From: Calcarisporiella thermophila CBS 279.70
Lineage: Eukaryota > Fungi > Calcarisporiellomycota
Length of the DNA: 50,816 nucleotides
Assembly (NCBI RefSeq): GCF_041956535.1
Contig: NW_027192220.1
Location: forward strand, 133,037 to 183,852
Direction of reading: 5' to 3'
Shown piece after piece: positions 11,504-24,989 of the stretch. Position 1 is the stretch's first letter; each line of letters opens with the position of its first letter. Below the pieces are notes generated by a model. The model saw only the letters and a list, made by a program, of their open reading frames with translations. It did no database searches and was not told where the DNA came from. Both the position numbers and the translations under genes were made by a program.

Positions 11504-14277
11504 TCACCAAATTTCACACCGATTCTCTGGTACTGGACAATTGAACGCCTGTGCGAACTCGATGCTGTTTCTTGTTACACCTCTAATCCGGACATCATTT
11601 GGAGCGTGTTCGTCAGTCGCATACTAAATGCCGGCAAAAATGGTCAATCTAACATATTAATCCAAGAGGCTGGAATTATGAAATACATACACTTGCTAAT
11701 CTGTTTTCTTGCGTCGCTGCCTCACACCACATATTTGCAAAGGCGACAAAGAACATTTGCTCTGGAGTGAAGTTTTCAAGTCCTGGGAGCAAACGGTTAT
11801 CAGCCTGGCCAGCTTGGGATATCTTCACCCATGCGCTATAGGCCTGTGCGAGACCCCCATTATCTGCTATATTTTCGCTCAGGGTTTGTGAACCATCTAC
11901 CCTGGTAACATTCTCTCCAATAGTCGCCAGTGTGTATTCATTATACTATTCAAAGTGTATGAACTTGTTTAATAAATCGCCAATACTAAATAACGGAGAT
12001 GTAACCTAACCTGGTTGACAAAACACGATGCTCGTTCATTGTATATCTTTGAGGTTTCGTTTGACCACCAGTTGTGATAGCGACCGTCACCATCGAAGTT
12101 CTTTCCTTTACTGTCAAAACCATGCTATAAGCAAGGAAAAAGGGTAAATATAATCAGAAAAATTCTCAATATAAATAAGTTCTTACGATAAGTTCATGCC
12201 CCAATACACCATAAGGACCTCCATATTTAATATAATCCGGATAAGCTGGATCGAAAGAAGGGTGTTGCAAAATGGCTGAATTGAGTAAAAAAGATAATAA
12301 TAATATCAAAATATCTGGATTATTATGGAAATAATTTTTCAAAAGAAAACAATTGGGTTACTTACGAGCAAAGACAGCCATCATATTGGCATTGTCGGAA
12401 TAAAAGGCGTTATAGTCGTGTAAAGTCATATCTGATTCACTTAGATCTTTCCAAGAAAGTGGATTAACGCGTTTACCCAGGCTGGAAAAAGATAGTTGCG
12501 TGAGAAAAATGAGTGCGTTTAATTTATTGATGATATGATCCTCAGTGACGTTCAGAGGAGCATAGAGCTCCAGGATACTCTGACTAGAAAGAGTTTCTGG
12601 ATCAACTTGTGATACAATCGCTGTCTCATGCATCTTATTAACCTACAGAGATGAATAATTAGTCACTTTGAAGTTTTTAGAGAATAGGAGCAACACTGAA
12701 AACATAAGATAAAGTAATACCTTTTCAATTGCATTTTTTCTTGTTACTTCATCTAGCCAAGTAATTTTACTAAGCCGGTCCAAAAATGTATATTGAATCT
12801 GCTTCATAGAAGCTAAAACTTGAGTCCGAGTTGCATTATCGGAATTGAACAGAACGTAATATCTCCCAGTCGCATGGAGCATTAGATTGTCAGCGAAATC
12901 TATACATTGCTGCTCGATAGAGGTTGAGTTGTCCTGCGTGAAAAGAACGTCTAAAAATTTGACCGCAATTTCAAATGCAGTGAATACTTGGAACTTTGAG
13001 TAAGACATGTTAACCAGCATGCTAGAGATATTTCGGTAGATATTCGGGTAATATACGATGATTTTTTCCGGCAAACTTGTGCCCGTTGGAATTAACTCTT
13101 TAAGATATACCTCCCAGTTAACAGCGGGGAATAGAGAGGATAGTTCAGAGATCGTAGGGGTGCTGTAAAATTCTAGTTCATTGGAACTTGGTGGTCTATA
13201 AGATAAGAGTCATTAATCAAAGTGCCAGTTTGTTGAAACAAATAAATTAACACGTACATCTGTTTAATAAGTGATTTATACAAATTCCTAACTTCCAAAA
13301 TATTCTCAACAGCAACGGATGACTCAAGTTTGATGACACCGGGAAAAAATGATTGGATCTTCTGGACAATTGCAGTTATTTGTTCTCTCTCATCCCCGTC
13401 CTTTAATGGATCTTTTACAAGGAAATCTGGTAGTTCTAACTTGAGCATGTTGATCGGGTCGGGTAAATATGCACTCATAGTCGTTTGAAAGAAGGGGTTA
13501 ATTCCATACGTTCCTAATTGACCAAGTAATGTTCCAAGCGCAGTTGAATTTATCTCTGTGCCTGCAGCATCCGCAATTTTTTGAAATAGAACCGCGAGCG
13601 GGTGATCCCCTTGATGATCGCTCTTCCCATTTATACATGCATTATACAATCCACGTACTTTGGCAAGGATATCCTCGTCATTTTTGTCGATATTAACGTT
13701 TTCCCAGCCTTTCACCGGGTTGGATGGATTAAACTTGCCCGTAATTAAATCATTTATGAAATTCTAAGTATATATTCAATAAAATTATTTGAATAAGTCA
13801 GCCCAGAACCAATATTAACGAACGCTTACTTTAGTACGATTTTGATTTTCGTCCAGAATTCTTGCCAGGGGCTTTTCGTCTGTTAGGTTTATTGAGCTAA
13901 TGAAGCCACCACCTAAGGCATGCAAATGGGGTTAAAACGTTATATAAAGAACTGACAAATGCTCTTTTAAATTACAGGAAAATTTATGAAAATCTTCACA
14001 TGGATTAACACTAGGATCCATTGCTGCCTTAAATAACTGAGCAGCATATTTGCATTGAGGAGTATCACAAACCGTTGGTACTGTCTATTCACAATACCGA
14101 AAATTATTCCAGGCTGTGTAATACATAATTGTTCTTTAAACGTTCAAATACCTGAGTCTTTTCTTGATTTTGTCTGATAACCCCTCCCTCCACACCCTTT
14201 AAGATAAAAAGGGTTATACAGAGCAAAACTAGTTTGCTAACAAGACATGTGCCTGTACGATATTGCACAAATAGCAT
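11504..14277 (-). CDS. Secreted M13 (neprilysin/endothelin-converting enzyme family) zinc metallopeptidase, copy 1
   Basis: N-terminal hydrophobic signal (LVLLCITLFILKG), VCDTPQC...MDPSVNPCEDFHKFSCGGF, YNAFY, GHELI|HGFD, ENIADNGG, DEHAP, C-terminal FNCP..RCEIW*. Confidence 0.9.
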
Positions 14278-15287
14278 TGATAGTTGTTTTTAAATGTTAA
14301 GTACTATATAAAGAGTTGAATTGCAGATAGAATGTGATAAGCAGTTATAGGTGATGTTAATTTATACCCTACTTTCACTTTGTCAAAGTTTCTCGGATTT
14401 TGCCGAGCATTATGTTTGAGGCTCATAACACGGAGACGGCCGAAGCATGTAAAAAGATGTTTCGATGCTGGAATAATTTACATCATACTAATATGAGAAG
14501 GCTTAGCTCAATTCGGTCAAAACCAGCTGGGTGGCAATGTTAAAGGAAGAGAATATAAAGAATATTCTTTTGCCAAAAACTGACTTTCTGTTTTGTGACC
14601 TATCAATAAGCTTCGTTGTCGGATTACCGGAGTTTCTTCCTATGTTTTGATAGTGGTAAAGCAATCATTGCTTAGAAGAAGGCTTTGAATTTTTAATTTT
14701 CTAGCGTTAGGCGAGCTAAAATGGAATAATCTAGCAAGCATAGCAACCGGCAGCTCTCCCATAATATATGTTGGTCAAGCATCCTACTATTTTAAGATTT
14801 CACCAAAACGTGTTAAATAAGAATATAGGCCAATTATGCAATTGAGCTATACTTCTTTCAAGTTCGTTTTCCTCATGATTTGGATGGCCTGCTGACCTTA
14901 ATTTTAGAAGGCGATTTAAGAAAGCAATCGAAGATAGTGGATACAGGGATTAACCTGGATGACCTGTAACAAAAACACACTACGATAATTTATATATTAA
15001 TAAAATATTATATTCAGATCATAACTTAGTTTCAGTGACCATATGTTATTCCTTGTAATTATACGAAATATCTAGGATTTTTGGATATTTGAGGGGCTTA
15101 CGTATTTAAATCTTGTGATAAAATATTACAATTAATGAATAATGATTAGAAATACGATGGATAAAGGCCTTACTAATACGAATCAAACTAATTCATTACC
15201 ACGTTCTAAATATCATAAATACGCTTACTAGTCTTGTTCATTTTTGTTTTTAGGACATATTCCTTGCATTAAAACACATTAACAGTC

Positions 15288-16413
15288 ATGTCTGATAAAC
15301 CTATTGTTGTTGTGGCAGGGGCTACTGGAGCTCAAGGTAATTTTCTATCGTGGTGAAGCAACTTCAACTTAGGGAGAACTCTCTATTCAATTGAATATAT
15401 TAGGCGGATCTGTTGCAAGAGCTCTCCTACAAACGGGGAAGTATCATGTGCGTGCTATCACGCGTAACCCCGATTCTGAAAAAGCCAGGCAGCTTGCTAC
15501 TCAAGGTGCCGAAGTTGTTAAAGGAAATTTATCAAGCATTGAGGATATGAGACGGTGTTTCACAGGAGCTTATGCTGTTTATGCTGTTACCAACCCGTAT
15601 GATCCGAATAATAAAAAACAAGGAGAGGAATTCCGTCAAGGAAAAAATATGGCAGATGCTGCGCTTGCTAAAGGTGTTCAACATTACATTTGGAGCACCT
15701 TGATAAGTATAGAGAAATCATCTGGGGGAAAGTTCAAAGTAGAGGAATTTGATGCTAAGGAGCGCGTAGAGGAGTACGTGAAAAAGATCGGTCTCCCAGC
15801 GACGTTTGTGAATCTTGGATCTTACTATGAAAATTTCATTCAAAGCAATATAATTTCAACGTCTGAAAAAGGAGACACGGTATATATCAAGAACTTTATC
15901 CAGCCTAGCCATAAAGTGGGAATGCTGGCGGCCAGCATTGACACTGGGGTAAGCAGCGTACTCCTTTTACTTCAATAATCCATATAAACTCACTCCTAAT
16001 TTTATCAATGAATTTCGATCAGAAAGCTGTGGTTGCCATTCTTTCCAACAAGGAAAAATTTGCAGGCAAATATCTGCACCTTAGCGCAAAAAGCTACACT
16101 TTTACTGAATTTGCCGAGATAGCAACCAAAGGTATATAACCGTTTAGCTTCTAAATTTGCTTTTTGTGTTCTTACTGAGCTCATATTATTCTATCTAGTT
16201 TCCGGCATTCAGCACGTTTATAGCTTTCTGTCACATAAGGATGTTAATCCTAAGGATTTCCCCTTCAATCCTGATTTATTTGAATTTTTTGATGGGATAT
16301 TGAGTGAAGAAGAACTTCCCGGTCTCATTGAATCGAGAAAGGAGCTTGGGATAGAATGGTTAGAGTTAGAAGATTATTTGAAAAGTATTAACTATGGAAA
16401 CGATTTTGCGTGA
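15288..16413 (+). CDS. NmrA-like (HSCARG-type atypical SDR) NAD(P)-binding protein, copy 1
   Basis: MSDKPIVVVAGATGAQG|GSVARALL Rossmann motif across intron 1, VRAITRNPDS, GVQHYIWSTL, FDAK, YYENF; 4 exons. Confidence 0.9.
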
Positions 16414-17187
16414 TACTTTATTATCAATTTTACAAAATATTTTTTATATACAATTGTACTGAGAACATTTAAATGAAAGTGTTGTATTGAGATATTCTTA
16501 TAAATATATTATGGGCTATCTTAATAAAAAAAATATTCTATGAAAAAAATTACAAAGGAGTAAGCGGGAGCAAAAGAAACTACTGGCCTCTCTCTTATAT
16601 TCTCTAAATTTCCGTTTGTAAAAATATACAGTATATAGAAATGATTAACAATTCATTGTTTTTCTACATGTCTCTTTGTGTTTTTCTTTTGAATTTTTTT
16701 GTAGGATTTAAGAGCATAGCCATAAATATTCCAAAAATTAGCTGAATTAGCTTAAGACATATTTTTTATTGATATCCGTATATTGTTTATTATATGGGAT
16801 AGTTCAGTAATTTTTAACGCCTTAACTACTCAACGTTATTGAAATATTTCAACATTATAACGCGAAAACTAACTAGTTCACTAGTGAATATTAATAAGAA
16901 ATTCTAAACGATGACAAATCGATCTAAGTCATTCCCCGTTTACTAATTAGGATAAGAGATAAGTTCCGGAAATTCTTGTACAAAATTAGCAGTGATTCAT
17001 ATATTGAGAGTATTATACGCATCGCCGCATATGGAGAATTTCTTTACTGATGTGATATTAGTAATGATCAACTAATCCTGCTATTTCCATTCTAAATTGC
17101 ATTATGCACTAGTTTTAATAAGTATATAAATTGCTCGATAAAGACCTTTTACTCAATAACACCAACCAGACAGAAATAATCAAACCG

Positions 17188-18342
17188 ATGACAAAGCCTA
17201 TTGTTGCAGTAATTGGAGCAACTGGATCGCAAGGTAAACCGTTAACATAGAATAGGAAGTTTATTCCAAGTCTTTGCTAAATCTTTTTCGCATTTTCTTT
17301 GTCGTTAGGCGGATCTGTTGCAAGAGCTCTCCTGCAAACGGGAGAATATAGTGTACGTGCAATCACGCGAAATACCAATTCGGAACAAGCCAAATTGCTT
17401 GCTTCACTGGGCGCTGAAGTTGTTAAAGGAGATGCTTCAAGCCTCGATGAGATGAAACAGTGTTTCGCTGGAGCCTACGCGGTCTATGCAGTTACCAACA
17501 CTTATGACCCCAATAATCAGAAAGTAGGCGAGGAATTACGACAGGGCAAAAACATGGCAAATGCCGCCCTTAATAATGGGGTACAGCATTTCATTTGGAG
17601 TACCCTGGTGAATTCAGAACAAGTGTCTGAGGGAAAATTTAAAGTCGACGAGTTTGATGACAAGCACCAAGTAGAAGAGTATGTAAAAGAGATAGGACTC
17701 CCGGCCACCTTTGTGGATGTGGCATTTTATTATGAGAATATCGCCGGGGATACTTCATTTCAAGTTTTGAAAAAAGAAGGAGATACGGTTTATATATCTT
17801 ACTTCATCGAGCCTGATGTCAAAATTCCAATGTTGGCTGTTAGTGTTGATCTTGGGGTAAGTAGCATGGTGGTCATTTTCTCAAGCCCCTCATATGGTGT
17901 ACGTAAATAACTGATTATATTCTATTAACAGAAAGCAGTCGTTGAAATAATCTCAAACAGAAATAAGTATTTAGGAAAAACAATACCGCTAATTGGCAAG
18001 GGTTACACATTCAACGAATATGCAGAAATAGCAACAAAAGGTATACATCTCTCTAACTATTTCTACATGCCAATGTCTTCATTCAATTACCTTGATTGAA
18101 CTGACAGACTTTTTTTCATCTCTATAGTTACGGGAATAAAGCACGAATACCGATATATACCGCCTCAAAGTATTCCTCCAGAAAGCCCAGTGAATCCAGT
18201 TTTATTTGAATTTTTCAACTGGATGTTTTCCCAGCAACGACAGCCATATGAATCAAACAAGGAGCTAGGGATCGAGTGGGTGCTGTTGGAGGATTATCTG
18301 AGGAGCATTGGCTATGGGAAACGGAATAATTTGCATATCTAA
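17188..18342 (+). CDS. NmrA-like protein, tandem copy 2
   Basis: MTKPIVAVIGATGSQG|GSVARALL; same three intron positions and high identity to copy 1. Confidence 0.9.
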
Positions 18343-19389
18343 CTTTAGAATAACTTGAATAATTTTACTTGGCAGTATTATTCATTTCTTGTTCCCAATT
18401 TTAAAATGTTTAAGCTGTGAGCAAGGCAAAAATATATTGACATACTTGCCCTGAATATTCATCTATAAAATTAGAATAGGAATGATATTATTCTTTCAAT
18501 TTATTACTAAGTATTGACGTATTATTTTTAAGGCATCTAATAGTTTGTATCGTAGGCTTCAGTATTTATCAGATATAAATTGAATGTTTACTGGATTCAA
18601 CCACAAGTTGGTCGACGCTTTTGAAGAGCACGGGTGCTTGGACTCACAATTCTGATCTTCAATTATTTTAGAGAACCGTAAAATCTCGAAGAAAAAAAAC
18701 TTATCTAACATTTAATGGCACATTGAGTTAAGAAAAGAACCGAGCGTGTAAATTAGAGGGAAAATAAAAACTATCATATATATCGATTTTTTAATTTACT
18801 ACTTATTCGCTAAGATTAATCTCGTCATTCTGAAAATGGGTGATTTTTTTTCCTCATTTAGGATTGATCTCATCAAGCTATTTTTGTATATATCCGATTC
18901 CAATATAATCAGTTTGAAGTTCCGCCTATATGTTGTTTTCTCTTTTTTTTTTCTTTTTAAGATCAACCAAATCACACCCGGACATTAAAGGTGAGATTAG
19001 TTTTAGACTCTAACATTGAGGCTGCTAAAACACATCATAATTATAATCCGCCAGTATTCTCCTCTATATCCTCCTTCTTTTCCAATTTGCTCTGGACGTT
19101 TATCCTTAATTGGGAAAGAGAGGGAATTTCGTTTACCCTGAGATATTATCTTCATTCATCTCTATTCGTTTTTACACCCTTCTTCCTTTATAATTTTCTT
19201 TTTTCAAATTTTCCTACTCCCGGGAGACGCTGAGGATTAGAAGCGCATTTGCCGCTTGAACGCACTTTAAATATAAGCAATAGGTTGGCGGGGTTTTTAT
19301 TTCTTAATCCAAGAAAAGAAGTCAAACCCGCAAGAGTTCGGTGGTTAAATATTTTTTTGCGCTTAATCTTCAACATATTACTCTCAACG

Positions 19390-20323
19390 ATGGCCACTCA
19401 CGATCGCTATTATACGGCTGATGGCGACATGACTACAACCTCATCGTCTTTTTTGGCTTCATTTTCCCAGCCAACTATGCAGGCAGATCTATCACACTAT
19501 CACCACGCTCATCACCAAAATGGAAACGGTCATGGGCTGGAGACGTCCCCAGTGAAACCGAAGCGTCAGCAGGTGAAAAATGCATGCGGTAAGCTCATCA
19601 AGTCGATGATACATCTATCCACAATTTATTCAGCTGAACTCGTATATTTCCTTATCAGTTAATTGTCAGCGAGCTTGTAAGAAATGCGATGAGGGACGGC
19701 CTTGTCAGCGGTGCGTGAAATACAATCTGACTGCTACTTGCGTGGATTCACCCCGCAAGGAACGACAAAAAGGTATCAAACGGGGTCCGTATAAACGCAG
19801 AAAGAAAGCTGGAGAAGGTAAGAGTGTTTCTTTTAGTTGTGAGATAAATGGGTCAATAGAGAGGAAGAAACTAAGTTGCTTTTGAACTCTTGCTTCATAA
19901 TCAGATAAAGCAAATCCATACATGTCCATCAATACAAATGGCTCCAACTCGCCTCTTACGACTCTCCCTCCCTTCGCCTCTGCCGCATCCAATGCTGCGA
20001 CCGACCCCGCCTTCTATACAACTTATGACGCCTACACATATCCCGTTAATCCAGCCGCACTCTTGCATCAACAGCATTTACAGCAGCTACAGGCTCCTTC
20101 GGCATCTTCTGCCAATAACAACTCCATCTCAGCGCCCATTCCCACTCTAGCCACAGTCCCCCATTCCGCACCAACTCCGCCGCCTGGGAGCGGCTCAAGC
20201 AACGGAGGTGGGACAGAGCAGAGCGAGGATGGAAGCAAACTCACCATTCTATCACAACTCTGTAGTGCGGTTTTGCATTCTGACTCGAGAGAAGGCGAGG
20301 TCGAATCAAAAAGTGATAATTAA
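19390..20323 (+). CDS. Zn(II)2Cys6 transcription factor (Ert1/Rds2/AcuK-like DNA-binding domain, short)
   Basis: KRQQVKNAC|VNCQRACKKCDEGRPCQRCVKYNLTATCVDSPRKERQKGIKRGPYKRR across intron ~19589-19658; second intron ~19818-19903. Confidence 0.88.
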
Positions 20324-20526
20324 TACTTGTTAAGGTTATTTGCCATTTTGATATTCATATTTCATGATATTATTACTTTATTATTTCTTCCTCTTCCTGC
20401 TTCGCCCTCCTGTTTTTCATTTCCCCTTATTTTGTAGAGACGATACAAGCCTTTTTTCTTCACCTTAAAATAAAATGAGCTTTGGTTTTGATTACGTATT
20501 CATGATCTAATCGAAATGGCTAATTT

Positions 20527-20627
20527 ACGCGTCTTATTGAAGCGATAGGCTGAGTCAATGAAAAATTTTTTCGAACCAACCGTTGTGGAGTTTTCGAGAG
20601 AGGGGAGACTCTAAAATGTAAACGCGT
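20527..20627. promoter_or_regulatory. Two MCB-type ACGCGT boxes and a TGAGTCA site upstream of importin alpha
   Basis: ACGCGT at 20527 and 20622; TGAGTCA at 20551. Motif match only. Confidence 0.35.
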
Positions 20628-20723
20628 TGTTTGCTCTTTTTCTTTTCTAAATTTTTCCAAACTATTTCATCTTCATATCTTTTGTTTTAATTTGTTTCTC
20701 TATTTAATTAAAATATATAAAAA

Positions 20724-22526
20724 ATGGACGTAGCCAGACGCGCTCGTGAATACAAAACCCGAGGCCTCTTTGCCCCAGATGAGGTGCGGCGCCGCCGTGA
20801 GCAAGCTTCTGTCGAGATTCGCAAACAGAAGCGTGAGGAATCCTTATCCAAGCGTCGCAATATGCAGTTCTCGGCCACATCCGACGACGAAGATGATGAT
20901 GCTGATGCTTCCGCTGTGAATGGTAAGAGCAAAGTCACAACCGAAGATTTGCCGGCAATGTGCCAAGCGGTGCTCAGTGGAAATGTGGAACAGCAGCTGC
21001 AAGCAACAATACAATTCAGGAAATTGCTGAGCAGAGAGCGAAACCCTCCGATTGATGAGGTGGTTGCCTGCGGCGTGGTCCCGAAATTTGTGGAATTCCT
21101 AAAAAGCTCTCACCCGATGCTTCAGGTAAAATCCTTGAATCTTAGCGCGATCTTTTGATGTCGACGCGTAAACACGTCGATGAGACGCGTCCCAGATGAT
21201 ATATTAATCTCAAAATTTCTTTATCCTTTTTATTTACAGTTTGAGGCTGCTTGGGCTCTTACTAACGTCGCGTCCGGTTCCTCCCAGCAAACCCAATATG
21301 TGATTGAGGCAGGTGCCGTGCCGGTGTTCGTCGAACTGCTCGCTTCTCCAATCGCAGATGTCAAAGAACAAGCCGTCTGGGCTCTTGGAAACATCGCCGG
21401 TGATAGTCCAGCTTGTCGCGACTTTGTTCTTGCTCAGGGCGCTTTACCTTCTCTTCTTCGCCTTCTCAATGAGTCCTCAAAACTCTCACTTATGCGAAAC
21501 GCGACATGGACACTTTCCAATTTCTGCCGCGGCAAAAACCCACAGCCAGACTGGGCCACCATTTCTGCTGCGCTGCCAGCCCTAGCCAAACTTATCTACA
21601 CTGGAGATGACGAGGTGCTGATTGATGCGTGCTGGGCACTTTCTTATTTAAGTGATGGGCCAAACGAGAAAATCCAAGCTGTGATAGAATCCGGCGTCGT
21701 GCGCCGTCTAGTGGAGCTTCTTGGGCACCAGTCTACCTCGGTGCAAACGCCTGCACTGCGTTCTATTGGCAATATTGTAACTGGGGATGATGCCCAAACC
21801 CAGGTTGTCCTTAACTGTGGTGCTTTACCCGCTCTCCTACACCTGCTTTCGAGTCCGAAGGATGGAATCAGAAAAGAGACCTGCTGGACAATCTCAAATG
21901 TGACGGCGGGTAACGCTCAGCAGATCCAGGCGGTCATCGACGCGAACTTAATCCCTCCGCTTATTAACGTGCTGGCAACTGCGGACTTCAAGACAAAGAA
22001 AGAGGCCTGCTGGGCTATCTCCAATGCGACCTCAGGCGCTCTTGCACGGCCCGAGCAGATACAATATCTGGTTTCTCAGGGCTGTATTAAGCCTCTTTGT
22101 GAACTCCTGACCAGTATGGACAACAAAATTATCCAGGTTGCTTTGGATGGAATTGAAAACATCCTTAAAGTCGGAGAGACCATCCGAGCAAATGACCCCG
22201 ATGGTATCAATCGATTTGCTTTATATGTCGAAGAATGCGGCGGGATGGAAAAGATCCATAACTTGCAGATCCATGACAATGTTGAGGTAATTTGGATTTG
22301 ACTTCGTTCTATCCTATATACCCAATACTAACACTACTCGTACTCTTCTTTCCAGATTTACAAAAAGTCATACAATATCATCGACAAGTACTTTGGTGAA
22401 GAAGACGAGGAGGATGACACAGGCATCGCACCAGAGGTCGATGCAGCGCGCGGCACGTTCGCATTCCAGCAAGATGCAACTGTACCACAAGGAGGTTTCC
22501 AGTTCGGAGACTCGATGCAAGATTAA
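20724..22526 (+). CDS. SRP1: Importin subunit alpha (karyopherin alpha)
   Basis: IBB domain ([27 protein letters not shown]), ARM repeats ([41 protein letters not shown]); 3 exons. Confidence 0.97.
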
Positions 22527-22774
22527 GCTTTATATTATTAACTTTAGAAACACTTCCTGGCTATTATAGCTTTTCGAAACCTTTTTATATCAACGGGTAT
22601 ATATCACTTTTTCCTATTGCTTACTTTAGATTTTTTTTTAATTTTCACTTTTTATACTTAATATATCATTGGTGACTATTTCATTTAATTTTTACTATGA
22701 AGTGGATAAAAGAAAAAAAAAATGCGACAAAAAGAGATAATTACAATTTAAACTTTCCAGCAACGAAAATCAAG

Positions 22775-24756
22775 TTAATTTAAAGATAATGAGTCCAAAT
22801 CTCGGGCTAGATCCCCTTCGCCGACAGTATTTGCAGCCATGGTAACTGGTTTTCGACTGGACAAACCACTAGTGGGGAGAAACAAACGGCTTTTCTCGGG
22901 TACAATTGAAGGAATTTTAGTCCTGATTTTAGGTTGGGGTAGTCGGCTACCCTCAGTCGAACCGGTGCTCATGCCCACTTTAGTTGCTCCAAGTCGAGAG
23001 GGTATCCGTGAAGTTGGCATTTTGGTTCTGCCACCCATCTCAAGCGAATTAGAAAAGGGTATACTGGTGGGGTCAGCATTTGAATTGGAGCGCCGTTTTT
23101 CGGGTGTCTGCACTCTCAAGGCAGGAGAAAGAACCCCCTTTATACCGGATGTTTTCAACTTGTTTCGTGCAGGTGAGCTTGTTAATTTCCTCTCAGGGTC
23201 ACTCCCATTACCACCGTTGATGGGGCGTTTGAGGGCAGAAATCGAAAGTGAGGGAGGCATCGCCTTAATATAAACGCTTCTTTTCTCGGGTTTTTTTTCA
23301 TCAGCTATTTCAGAAGGAATTTCCTCCAATACATCCAGTCGAGAATTCATCCGCGTGTACTTAGCTGGCATACGAATCGACTCTCTTCTTCTTCCCACTT
23401 TCCTGCATTCATTATTACCAGCTAATCCCACAGGGTTCATACTCTGATGTAGAACTGCGTCAGTTTCTCGACCGACAGAGAATTTCGACGGACTATTTGA
23501 ATGTGAATGCGAGAGGGTGGACGTGTGTGAAACTATGCGTAGGGCCCCGGCGTAGAGTGAGCAACGTTTGGCTTCTTCTACCTTTTGTGATTTCTACCGT
23601 TGCAAAATTTGTTTCCAATAAATCAATGACCACATGTGTCAAGTTTATATTCTCACCTCGATTCTGTATCCAGAACTATTTGGACCCGTACGTCCTGAGC
23701 GAGTCAATATCGAACTACGGAAAAAGCTGGGTCGCCCAGAGTGCATACCCGAGTTTAAGGTGTGTATTCCAGAGTTACTAGCAGAGGATGCTAAGCCAGT
23801 ATTGCAGCGTCGTAAGTCAAGATCATTGGAGGAGGTACTCGCTAAAATGTCACGTAGAGAGTTCGGGTCTAGCTAGGAATTAATTGATTAATATTACATG
23901 GATTTTTATTTGCATCATCTTCGTTATGTACCAGCTTTAAAGGAAATTCCTGATCCACTAGTGGTTTGGTTCCTCTGGAAGGGAGGCGCTGGTGGCGGTA
24001 GGTTTCTTTCTGGTCGCATTCGTAGCGCTGTTGTGGGAATTGATGCCATCGATGCTGATGCTGGTATTGAATCTATGGATTGTGATGCTCTAGTTGATAC
24101 TGATGATACTCCACGCGTCTCCATTCTTAATGGCCGACTCAAACTTGATGCCGCACATCGTCGTCGAGGAATAGCCTCAGTTGGAATATGATAGCTTATA
24201 TGTGGGTTAAAGCGTACACGACCCACATTTATCTCATCGTCCTCTCCCTCTGCTGCTCTCTTATTTTCATTTTTATTATCCACTTCGGTGCCCTTTTGAT
24301 ATACATGTGATAAGGAAGGTTGCGGAGAGGATAGTGTTGGGAGGGATAAAGTTGAATTGGAAGAGTGATATAAATGTCGCGACTTATTTTCTCTGCCTAA
24401 GCCTACTAACTTGCTAGATTCTCTTAAGGGAATACCTCTATTTTCCACAGAAGTGTCACTTTGTAGCCCTAGTATAGCTTGTTGTTGCTCACTAAATATG
24501 GAAGATGCCGTAGGGTTAGGTGGTAAATTCGAACGAGGGCTAGGCCTTCGCGTGACACGAACAGCGCCTAACCCTAAGCGTCCATTAATACGACGTGATT
24601 TGGTGGATATTGTTAATGATGGATTAGAATGGGATGGTAATGGAGGTGGATTTTGGTCGGGTGACGCTAGAGACCTAACAAATTATAAGTCATTGAGGAT
24701 GAACTTTGGAATTCCCTGAACCAACATTGAAATAGAGATGTAAGTTACTTTAACAT
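22775..24756 (-). CDS. Hypothetical intrinsically disordered Ser/Pro/Arg-rich protein with SxIP-like motifs (4 exons)
   Basis: ATG TTA AA|gtaact..ttag|G TCT gives MLKSLASPDQ...; further introns at ~23869-23930 and ~23578-23656 join the ORFs in frame to TAA at 22775. Confidence 0.7.
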
Positions 24757-24989
24757 TGATATTTTTAAAGTTGTTAAAAATAAGGGTAATTCTCTTAATT
24801 GGAACGCGTAATAGCTTATCGCAATAAAATGGTTATTAAAAACGAAGCAAGCAAAAAGCGCGTTCTTCAAGTCACGCCTCATTAACTAAAATGGTGATCA
24901 AGCCAAGCCGCCAAATTCGGTCATACAATGAATCATGTAGGGAGTCCTTGGATAAAGGATTCATCCGTTAACATTCTTTTGTCTGGCTC

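Noticed and set aside
11690-11700. Possible GC donor (GCAAGT) in the last intron of M13 copy 1
   Set aside because: A GTATGT donor 6 nt downstream is in phase and matches the paralog's exon length.
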